This document shows, piece by piece, positions 56,066 to 64,000 of a stretch of 64,000 bases of DNA. The first letter of the stretch is position 1. Each line of letters starts with the position of its first letter. Below the pieces are notes generated by a model. The model did no database searches. It was not told where the DNA came from and was given only the letters and a program-made list of their open reading frames with translations. The position numbers and the translations under genes are program-made. Source of the DNA: an uncultured Gemmatimonadales bacterium (lineage in GTDB: Bacteria; Gemmatimonadota; Gemmatimonadetes; Gemmatimonadales; Gemmatimonadaceae); assembly GCA_963707505.1 (NCBI GenBank), contig CAVPQB010000004.1, positions 1,024,001-1,088,000 of the forward strand. The letters run 5' to 3'.

Positions 56066-56093
56066 TTGACATGAAGTGCTGATTTTTCACCAT
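56066..56093 (+). promoter_or_regulatory. Internal promoter with third BlaI-type operator box
   Basis: TTGACA at 56066; gtgctgatttttcaccat (56076-56093) is 16/18 identical to the reverse complement of box 1. Confidence 0.7.
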
Positions 56094-56135
56094 ATAGCCC
56101 GGTACAGAGACATGGGCAATCACGGAGGAGGAACG

Positions 56136-57504
56136 ATGTTGAGAATCATTGGAGCAATTGCGGCAGCGGCGTTCGTGTCGACCGCAAGCGCGGTCAGGCA
56201 CGACCACTCATCGCTCGGCGCGGTCGGCGACGACAGCGCATCCTTCGACGTGAGCGCACTGCTCGCCGCCGCGCACGGAGTATCGCCAAACGTCTGCTCG
56301 CTCGCCGCGAGAGCCGTCGGCAACGGGAGTTGGGGGCGCTCGAGCGACGCGCCGGTGACGCCGCTCGGTACGTCGGCGGATCTCCACGACGCGGTCGACT
56401 CGCGCAATCTTCCTGCTGTCGATGTGACCAGGCTGCTCAGTGCGCTTGGGTCGGACGATCCATGCGTGCGCGAGCTTTCGGTGCGTCTCATCGGTACGCA
56501 GAACAATTCGAGCGTCGCACCGGAGTTGCTCACGCGGCTCACATCCAGCAATGCATCGCTGCGTGCGATCGCCGCGTTCGGACTCGGCCTCGTCGATGCA
56601 AAAACCGCAGTGGATCAACTCATTCATGCGCTCGGCGACGCAACGGCCGACGTGCGCGCCAACTCCGCGTGGGCGCTTGGCAGAATCGAGGACGGGCGCG
56701 CACTGTCGTCACTGGTTTCGCGGTTCAACGATACGTCACCCATAACGCGCGAAGCGGCGGTCATTGCAGTCGGTCGCATGGATTCCACGAGCACGTCGGC
56801 AGCCCTGATACGTACACTGCAACATGACGACGTCGCATCCGTGCGCCGCGCGGCCGCATGGGCGCTCGGAACGCTGGACGCGAAAGATGGGGCGTCAGCA
56901 CTCTCGACGACGCTCACCAACGACAGCGATGCGCGAGTGCGCGAGATGAGCGCCTGGGCGCTTGGCAACCTCGACGACAACGCTGGCGCGAGCGCGCTTC
57001 AGCGTGCGCTACAGAAAGATTCCGACGACAAGGTGCGTGAATCGGCCGCGTGGGCCCTCGGCGAGCTCGGCGAGGCATCCTCTACCGACGCTCTTGCAAG
57101 CGCCGCCGAGTCCGACAGAAGCGTCGAAGGTGCGTGGTACAGCCGCGTGGGCAATCGGTCAGATCGGACATGCCGATGGTCGCGCGGTTGCCGGCCTCAC
57201 CCATCTGTTGAAGGAGACCGATGACAACGTTCGGCTCCGCGCGGCATGGGCGCTGGGCCAGATCGAGGACAGCACCGCTCTGCCGGAGATCGATTCCGCA
57301 CTCGGCATCGAAAAGAACGCCGACGTACGCCGCGCGCTCATCCGGGCTCTCTCCAAATCAGGCGGCAATACCGCTGCGAGAATGCGCGTGCTGATCGACT
57401 CGAAGGATCCGCAGGTGCGTGAGGCCGCCATCCGCTCGCTCGCAGGCGGGCGGGCGTTCGGCCCCTGGCCATGGCCCTCGCCGCGACCGCGACCGTGGCC
57501 GTAA
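56136..57504 (+). CDS. Secreted HEAT-repeat protein (frameshift near 57125)
   Basis: SD GGAGGAGG; signal peptide MLRIIGAIAAAAFVSTASA; about 11 HEAT repeats; PWPWP tail. Confidence 0.85.
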
Positions 57505-57594
57505 ACCCGCGCCGGTGGCGAGCAACCTTTTGACTGCTGGTAACATCTAACCACGCGATGGCTGAAACCAGACACTCTTCTGAAATAATTACCA

Positions 57595-60336
57595 ATGCAC
57601 GTATATCAGTCCGCAGTTGTCGCGTTGTTCGCCCTGGCACCGCTCGCAACCCACGCCCAGGAAACTGCGGCGTCGTCGATTCATCCGCGCACACCGCCGG
57701 TTGCGGTGGCGTCGCGTCGTGATGGACCCATCATACTCGACGGCAAGCTTGATGACGCCGCATGGAAGGCTGCGACACCGATAACAAAGTTCATACAGCA
57801 ACAACCGCACGAAGGCCTGCCGGCGACGCAAGCCACCGAGATTCGCATTCTCTATGATGATCAGGCGCTGTATATCGGCGCCCGCGTGACCGATTCGACC
57901 GGCGCCAAGGGAATCCGTGCTCCGCTCGCTCGCAGAGACCAGCTACTGGACGCCAGCGGTAACAACGGCTCGTTCAACTCGCTGACGACCGACAAGATCA
58001 TAGTTGTCCTCGATCCCTATCACAATCACATCGACGAGGCGTGGTTCGAGGTGAATCCGCAGGGCGTCAAGGGAGATCAGTTCAATGGCGATCCCTCCTG
58101 GGATCCAATATGGGAAGCTGCCACACACATCGATTCGCTCGGCTGGACCGCAGAGATGCGTATCCCGTTTTCGCAGCTGAGATTCTCGCGTGATTCCGTG
58201 CAGACATGGGGAATGGAAATCTGGCGTTACGTGGATCGGCTCAATGAGCAGGACATGTGGGCGTACTGGAAAACGAGCGAGTCAGGAGGGCCGGCCTACT
58301 ACGGTCATCTCACGGGGCTGAAGATAGTTCCGCAACCGCGCCAATTCGAGCTGCTGCCATACGTCCTGAGCGGTGTACACTCAAAGTACGCGGCGCCGAC
58401 CGATCCATTCCACAAGTCGACTTCGAGCACTCTCGCGGCGGGCATGGATCTCAAATATCTGTTGACATCGAATCTCACTCTCGATGCAACGGTCAATCCC
58501 GACTTCGGTCAGGTGGAAGTCGATCCCGCGACGATCAATCTGTCCGCATACGAAACGTACTACGACGAGAAGCGCCCGTTCTTTGTGTCGGGTAGCAGCG
58601 CTTTCGATTACGGCGGAATGAACTGCAACTTCTGCAGCAATACTTCCAACCTCGGCCTCTTCTATTCCAGGCGTATTGGCCGCGCGCCGCAGTTGAACAG
58701 CTTCGTCGACGGTATCTCCGCGTTCAGCGATCTGCCCAATACGACGTCGATACTTGGCGCTGCCAAGATTACCGGACGCACGGCCGGTGGCATCACCGTG
58801 GGCATGCTCGACGCGCTTACAAACCGGGAGAGCGCCACGTACGTCGCATCGCCGGGCGGACCGACAGTGACCCAGGAGGTCGAGCCGCTCAGCAACTATT
58901 TCGTCGGCAGGGCGAAGAAGGACTTGCGCGACGGGGCAACGACCATCGGCGGAATGTTCACATCCGTCGCGCGGCAGATGAACGACACCATTCTTTCCGA
59001 TCGTCTGCGCACTCATGCGGAAGCCGTCGGACTCGATTGGAATCATCGGTGGAGTCATCGTGACTACGACTGGATGGGATCCATCGCGGCGTCGAATGTC
59101 GCTGGCTCACCGCAGGCAATCGGCCTTACCGAGCAGTCGAGCGCACACTACTTCCAGCGGCCAGACCGCCGCGTGCGCAGCGACGGATTGTTCGGCGCTG
59201 CATATGACTCCAACGCAACCTCGTTGCGCGGCTACGGATTGTATACCAGAGTGGCGAAGAACAGCGGCAACTGGATCTGGGAGACGGCTCAGAATTGGCG
59301 CAGTCCCGGATTCGAGGTCAACGATCTGTCGTATCTCGATCGCGCCGACTATAAGTGGATGAACTTCAACGTCGGTTACAACTGGAGTCTTCCGGGCAGC
59401 TGGTATCGCAGCGCGACACTACTCGGCGGTGGCCAGCAGCAATTCAACTACGATGGCGACCGCACTGATCAGCAGGCGCAGGTGTTCACGCAGATCAACT
59501 TCCTCAACTACTGGAGACTGCGCAGCTTCTACATATATCATCCGGCTGTGCTCGACGATCGCCTGACGCGTGGTGGCCCAGTGGTCATGCGTAGCGGCTA
59601 CAAGATACTGATGGGTCAGATCTCGACCGATCCGCGCGCACGCGCCGTGTTCGACGTCTCCGTGCAGGGCGGTCCGAGCGTCGGTGGGCGAGGCCATCAG
59701 GTATCTATCGCGCCGGGAATCGCGTTGAAGCCGGCATCCAGCATCTTCATCAGCCTCACGCCGACATTCAGCTCGAGCGAGGACGACGCGCAGTACGTGA
59801 CAACAGAGAACGACCCGACTGCGACGGCGTTCTACGGCCATCGTTACGTGTTCGCCTACCTCAAGGCTGACACCTGGTCACTCGATACGCGCATCAACTG
59901 GACCTTCACGCCGAATCTCACGCTGCAGCTGTACGCGCAGCCCTACTTCTCCAGCGGCGACTACGGGTCGTTCCGTGAATTTGCGGCGCCGCGTACAATC
60001 AGGAAGGTCATCTACGGCAAGGACGCGGGCACCATCGTGCGCGCACCAGCAACTGCGACATCGGGAGCGACGTACACAGTCGATCCCGACGGCGCGGGAC
60101 CAGCGAAGCCGTTCAGTTTCGGCGATCCGAACTTCGCATATCGCTCCCTGATCGGAAACGCGGTCCTGCGGTGGGAGTACCGTCCAGGCTCGACCGTGTT
60201 CTTCGTCTGGACTCAGACGCGCTCCGGCACGGACGATGTAGGTAACTTCGACTTCACACGCGACCGCACCGCACTGCTGAGCGACAGACCGACGAACATT
60301 TTCCAGATCAAGGTGAATTACTGGTTGGGAAGGTAG
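57595..60336 (+). CDS. DUF5916-type protein: CBM9-like N-domain plus predicted outer-membrane beta-barrel
   Basis: Signal peptide; LDGKLDDAAW, WTAEMRIPFSQLRF, NPDFGQVEVD, EKRPFF, FYSRRIG, LRWEYRPGS, KVNYW. Confidence 0.85.
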   Translation: MHVYQSAVVALFALAPLATHAQETAASSIHPRTPPVAVASRRDGPIILDGKLDDAAWKAATPITKFIQQQPHEGLPATQATEIRILYDDQALYIGARVTDSTGAKGIRAPLARRDQLLDASGNNGSFNSLTTDKIIVVLDPYHNHIDEAWFEVNPQGVKGDQFNGDPSWDPIWEAATHIDSLGWTAEMRIPFSQLRFSRDSVQTWGMEIWRYVDRLNEQDMWAYWKTSESGGPAYYGHLTGLKIVPQPRQFELLPYVLSGVHSKYAAPTDPFHKSTSSTLAAGMDLKYLLTSNLTLDATVNPDFGQVEVDPATINLSAYETYYDEKRPFFVSGSSAFDYGGMNCNFCSNTSNLGLFYSRRIGRAPQLNSFVDGISAFSDLPNTTSILGAAKITGRTAGGITVGMLDALTNRESATYVASPGGPTVTQEVEPLSNYFVGRAKKDLRDGATTIGGMFTSVARQMNDTILSDRLRTHAEAVGLDWNHRWSHRDYDWMGSIAASNVAGSPQAIGLTEQSSAHYFQRPDRRVRSDGLFGAAYDSNATSLRGYGLYTRVAKNSGNWIWETAQNWRSPGFEVNDLSYLDRADYKWMNFNVGYNWSLPGSWYRSATLLGGGQQQFNYDGDRTDQQAQVFTQINFLNYWRLRSFYIYHPAVLDDRLTRGGPVVMRSGYKILMGQISTDPRARAVFDVSVQGGPSVGGRGHQVSIAPGIALKPASSIFISLTPTFSSSEDDAQYVTTENDPTATAFYGHRYVFAYLKADTWSLDTRINWTFTPNLTLQLYAQPYFSSGDYGSFREFAAPRTIRKVIYGKDAGTIVRAPATATSGATYTVDPDGAGPAKPFSFGDPNFAYRSLIGNAVLRWEYRPGSTVFFVWTQTRSGTDDVGNFDFTRDRTALLSDRPTNIFQIKVNYWLGR

Positions 60337-60401
60337 GCTTCGTACCAGTGGATCTCGCGAGCGCTAGATTCACTGGTATCACCGCCAGTCAGGAGGGGGA
60401 C

Positions 60402-60746
60402 ATGCAACACGTCGCACCTTTGGCCTCGCCGCGGGAGAGTATCTTCGCGGTTCTGGCGTCGGCCGCTCGAAGACTCTCGTATGGCGATCTATCAGTGATC
60501 GCGGCTGCCAGCGGAGCCGTTGCGCTCGCGGCAGCCGCGATCGACCATGCATCGTGGATGCTGCTCTCTGCGTGCTACGTCGTCTGGTGTTTTGCGGGGT
60601 GGGGGATTCTGTTCCACACCTCGACCCCTCGAACCGCTCGCTGGAAAGCCTTCCAGTGGACCATCGTCGGGTCGGCCAGTGCGGTCGCCGTCATCTTCGG
60701 CGTCGGTGTTTTTTTCTGGGCGCTTGGTCCGCGCTGGGTGTTGTAG
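60402..60746 (+). CDS. Hypothetical membrane protein
   Basis: SD AGGAGG; three hydrophobic segments. Confidence 0.65.
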   Translation: MQHVAPLASPRESIFAVLASAARRLSYGDLSVIAAASGAVALAAAAIDHASWMLLSACYVVWCFAGWGILFHTSTPRTARWKAFQWTIVGSASAVAVIFGVGVFFWALGPRWVL

Positions 60747-60753
60747 CTCCGCC

Positions 60754-60787
60754 AAAAAAAGGTACCGCCGGATAATATCCGGCACCT
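60754..60787 (-). terminator. Hairpin with T-tract on the minus strand
   Basis: A7 (60754-60760) followed by gccggata-a-tatccggc. Confidence 0.5.
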
Positions 60788-60861
60788 CGCGAATGGACTG
60801 CGGATCGTAGGTTGGGGGCGAGTCAAAGTTGCCGCTTCACTTGCCCGGTCGTCCTCGAACG

Positions 60862-61989
60862 ATGCCAAACAGACACGCGAGAGCCATACGCGCGGCCGTA
60901 ATCGTCGCGTCCCTTCTAGCCGTCACCGCGCCCGCGCTTCTCGCGCAGGCGGTGCCCGCGACGAACGCCAAGGCTGCCAGAGCAACACCCTCGGTCGTCA
61001 AACACACCGTCAAGACGGGCGACACACTATGGGACATCGCCAAGTTCTACCTGAAAGACCCCTTCAGGTGGCCTGAAGTCTTCCACGCGAATACCGACAT
61101 CGTCAAGAACCCGCACTGGATCTATCCCGGCCAGGTTCTCACGATCGACGGATCGGCAGTCAAGCCGGAAGTCGCGGCTCGGGTGGATTCCACGGGCTTC
61201 GTCGTCGCTCAGATCCAGACCCGCGCCCAGGCGGCGACGGTGTTTGCCGAGCATCAGACCACAGTCGATGAAAGGCTCGCGGCGGCAACTGCGATTCCAC
61301 CGGCTCTCACGGTGCGTCCCGGTGAATACGAGGCCGCTCCGTACGTCGTAGCAGAGAAGGGAAGCCTCGAAGCGGGTCGCGTCATCGGACCCGTCGACCG
61401 GCCAGCACTCGGCCTTTCATCCGACGCCGGCTACCGCCTGTTCGACCGGATCTACATAACCATTCCCTCAGGCGTGAACGTCGGAGACATGGTGGTAGTC
61501 GCCAAAACCGACGAAACCATCGCCGACGTCGGCCGTGTCATCGAGCCGACCGCCATCATGCGCATCGACTCGCTTGGCGCCAAATCCCAGGCAATCGGCA
61601 CTATCGTAAAGCAGTTTGGAACAGTCGTTCCAGGACAGGGCGTCGTGTTGCCCGGACGATCGTTCGAAAGGACGTCGACGCGTCCGGTTGCCGGCAGCTA
61701 CCCGCTCACTGCCAAGCTGGTATGGGTGCAGGGCGCGCCGAGGCTTCCCTCGATTCAGACGTACGTTATTCTCGCCGCTGGCGAGGCCAAGGGGGTACGC
61801 CCAGGAGATCAGTTTACGGTCCTCAGTGACGGGCGCTTCAGTGATGGAACGCGGGCCCCCTTGAGCGCAACGGCGCGCGTGACAGTGGTTCGTGTCACGC
61901 CGTTCGGTGCCAGCGCGATCGTCGTACATCAGGATCAACCCGAGATCCAGACGGGAATGGCGACTCGTCTCACGGCGAAGATGCCATAA
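60862..61989 (+). CDS. Secreted LysM-domain protein
   Basis: HTVKTGDTLWDIA...WPEVFHAN...NPHWIYPGQVL. Confidence 0.88.
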   Translation: MPNRHARAIRAAVIVASLLAVTAPALLAQAVPATNAKAARATPSVVKHTVKTGDTLWDIAKFYLKDPFRWPEVFHANTDIVKNPHWIYPGQVLTIDGSAVKPEVAARVDSTGFVVAQIQTRAQAATVFAEHQTTVDERLAAATAIPPALTVRPGEYEAAPYVVAEKGSLEAGRVIGPVDRPALGLSSDAGYRLFDRIYITIPSGVNVGDMVVVAKTDETIADVGRVIEPTAIMRIDSLGAKSQAIGTIVKQFGTVVPGQGVVLPGRSFERTSTRPVAGSYPLTAKLVWVQGAPRLPSIQTYVILAAGEAKGVRPGDQFTVLSDGRFSDGTRAPLSATARVTVVRVTPFGASAIVVHQDQPEIQTGMATRLTAKMP

Positions 61990-62061
61990 CCCGATGTCGT
62001 AAAGACGATGTCACTATGCACGACGCCGGCTTAGATTTGGCGTTTTGCCGACGGAGTTGTA

Positions 62062-62781
62062 GTGATTCAGATATTGGCCTGGGCACAGGTCGGCGTGGTG
62101 CCGACCACGCCGCTCGATATGGTGGTCAGCGCGACCGCGCCGACGAAGATCGTACTCGGCGTCCTCATCGCGTTGTCGCTCATCAGCTGGGCGATCATGT
62201 TCGCGAAGTGGGCGCAATTTCGCGGAATAACGCGCAAGTCGAGTGCTTTCATGCTGAACTTCGAGCGTGCCTCATCGTTCGAGGCAGCGGTGGATGCGGC
62301 ACGTCAATCGAGTGATCTGCCGCACGGCCGCGTTCTGCGTCGGGCGAGCGAGTTTCTGCGTGAAGTAACGCCCGCGCTCGCCGCAACAGCGGGGCGAGCA
62401 GCGAAATTCAGCGGATCACAGGTCGAAGCGCTCCGCCTCGTGCTCGACGCCGAGACGAACGCCGCGCGCGACAGACTGTCTCGTTACGTCCCGTCGCTCG
62501 GAACGATCGGCTCGGTCAGCCCGCTCATCGGCCTCTTTGGCACTGTGCTTGGCGTGATCGAGGCGTTCATCGGGATCGCGTCACAGGGCTCGGGCAACAT
62601 CGGTGCTGTTGCGCCCGGTGTCGCAGAGGCGCTGATAGCTACCGCGGCCGCGCTTGCCGTCGCAATCCCGGCGGTGTTCGGCTACAATCTGTTCGCAAAT
62701 CGGTTGAATCGCATCGACAGCGAGTTGGAGGGTTTCGGCACGGAGCTCATCGCCCTTCTGGTGCGCGAGGGACGGATCTAG
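62062..62781 (+). CDS. MotA/TolQ/ExbB proton channel
   Basis: SPLIGLFGTVLG, VAPGVAEALIATA, AIPAVFGYN. Confidence 0.92.
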   Translation: MIQILAWAQVGVVPTTPLDMVVSATAPTKIVLGVLIALSLISWAIMFAKWAQFRGITRKSSAFMLNFERASSFEAAVDAARQSSDLPHGRVLRRASEFLREVTPALAATAGRAAKFSGSQVEALRLVLDAETNAARDRLSRYVPSLGTIGSVSPLIGLFGTVLGVIEAFIGIASQGSGNIGAVAPGVAEALIATAAALAVAIPAVFGYNLFANRLNRIDSELEGFGTELIALLVREGRI

Positions 62782-63204
62782 GTGGCGAACCGCGGCCGTC
62801 GGCGTCGGGAGCGGCTCCCGATCAACGCCGAGATCAATGTTGTGAGCCTCATCGACGTGATGATGCTGCTGATGGTCATCTTCATGATCACAGCGCCCAT
62901 CATGCAGGGCGGGGTCGATGTGGCGCTTCCCAAGGCTGAAGCGCGACCCCTCGAAGCCAAGAGCGGATTGGTTGTGACGGTGAATCGCGCCGGTGAGATA
63001 TTCGTCGACAAGGACAAGCTCACGTACGAGCAATTCCGGGCGAGCTTCAAGGCGCTGGCGAGCCAGCACGGGAAGAACGGCGTGTATCTTCGCGCCGATC
63101 AGGGTGTACCCTATGGCATGGTGGTAAGAGTACTGGCCGTGATGCGAGCGAGCGGGTCCACCGACGTCGGCCTCGTCGCCGAGCCGGAGGACATGCCGCG
63201 TTGA
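62782..63204 (+). CDS. TolR/ExbD
   Basis: EINVVSLIDVMMLLMVIFMITAP, LRADQGVPYG. Confidence 0.92.
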   Translation: MANRGRRRRERLPINAEINVVSLIDVMMLLMVIFMITAPIMQGGVDVALPKAEARPLEAKSGLVVTVNRAGEIFVDKDKLTYEQFRASFKALASQHGKNGVYLRADQGVPYGMVVRVLAVMRASGSTDVGLVAEPEDMPR

Positions 63205-63902
63205 ATAGTAGCGAGCGCGATGGTGGACTCACCGGGTCGCTGGGTGTGTCCGCTGTGGTGCATCTGACGATTCTCGGCCTGGCTATCTGGGCACTCCGGC
63301 CGGGTCCGCCGGTGGTCCTTCCCCCGATCTACAAGGTCGATATCGTCGCCGCGCCGCCAGGCCCGCGCGCCATCGGCGAGGTCACGCGGGCGCCGGCTCC
63401 GCCGAATCCCGCTCCCACGCCGCCCAAGATGCGCGAGACGCCATCGTCGGTGCCACCCGCGCCAAGCAAGGCCCCGCCAGCGCCCACGACGCGGGCCACA
63501 CCGGTAGAAGCTCCGCCCAAGAAGGCCGCGCCAGCCACCAAGGCCCCGAAGGCCGGAGGCGGGCCTACAGGCGGCCGTGGTACTGACGTCGCTACCGTAC
63601 AGACAGCTGGCATCGACTTTCCATTTCCCGGGTATCTCAACAACATCGTTCGGCAGATTGCGCTGAACTTTCGCGTCAAGAACCCGAACTCACCGTTGAG
63701 TGCGACCATGTCATTTCTCATTCATCGCGATGGCAGCGTCACGGACGTGAAATTCGTCAACCGGTCCGGTGTTTATTCGTTCGATCTGGAGGCTCAGGGT
63801 GCGATCGAGCGAGCTTCGTCATCGTTCGGTCCGCTTCCCGACGGTTTCCGGGATGATGTTCTCCCCGTAGTTTTCAGTTTCGATCCTCGTTTCCTGCAGT
63901 GA
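63201..63902 (+). CDS. TolA/TonB-like protein
   Basis: N-terminal TM with SxxxH, Pro-rich linker, TonB_C-like IHRDGSV...SGVYSFD. Confidence 0.85.
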   Translation: MNSSERDGGLTGSLGVSAVVHLTILGLAIWALRPGPPVVLPPIYKVDIVAAPPGPRAIGEVTRAPAPPNPAPTPPKMRETPSSVPPAPSKAPPAPTTRATPVEAPPKKAAPATKAPKAGGGPTGGRGTDVATVQTAGIDFPFPGYLNNIVRQIALNFRVKNPNSPLSATMSFLIHRDGSVTDVKFVNRSGVYSFDLEAQGAIERASSSFGPLPDGFRDDVLPVVFSFDPRFLQ

Positions 63903-64000
63903 TGCAACTCAAACAAATATTTATTGCCGCGGTCGCCAGCTCGGCGCTCGCGTTGGCGCCGGCTGCGGCCCGCGCACAGAACCCCACGGTGCCCGAAGGC
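63902..64000 (+). CDS. Secreted protein, 3'-truncated (TolB expected from synteny)
   Basis: TGATG coupling; signal peptide MQLKQIFIAAVASSALALAPAAARAQ. Confidence 0.55.
   Translation, partial: MQLKQIFIAAVASSALALAPAAARAQNPTVPEG

Noticed and set aside
55270..57504. Phycobilin lyase (PBS-HEAT) function
   Set aside because: The proteins are secreted or membrane-fused and no phycobiliprotein genes are present; the repeat similarity is generic.

Overview
GC-rich bacterial chromosome segment, mostly housekeeping and almost all on the + strand. Gene content and protein style suggest Gemmatimonadota (inference, no search run). It carries: namZ-like gene; inositol-lipid pair (CDP-alcohol phosphotransferase + ino1); 2-oxoacid dehydrogenase E1a/E1b/E2; trxB; aspA/fumC-like lyase; an SdpR/SdpI-like module; tRNA-Leu(CAG); smpB; pyrDF; a detached alpha operon (rpmJ-rpsMKD-rpoA-rplQ) plus rpmB; carB; a WbpABDE-like diacetamido-uronic acid pathway; ugd; bamD; nadD; secA; radC; relA/spoT; otsAB plus GH15; uvrB-tsaEB-rimI-ssb; and LysM-tolQRA(B). 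Many essential genes have single-base frameshifts, which are most likely assembly errors. The most unusual region is 51.0-60.3 kb. A BlaI repressor, a BlaR1/M56 protease with HEAT repeats in place of the penicillin sensor, and a paralogous secreted HEAT protein lie there. Both HEAT proteins end in the same LAGGxAxGPWPWPxPxPRP[YW]P tail, share a palindromic operator, and face a divergent S9 peptidase. Other visible signals are a Gram-positive-type SOS box at uvrB, sigma54-like promoters at stress genes, leaderless-type starts and two REP-like families. No CRISPR, rRNA, transposase or prophage was seen.
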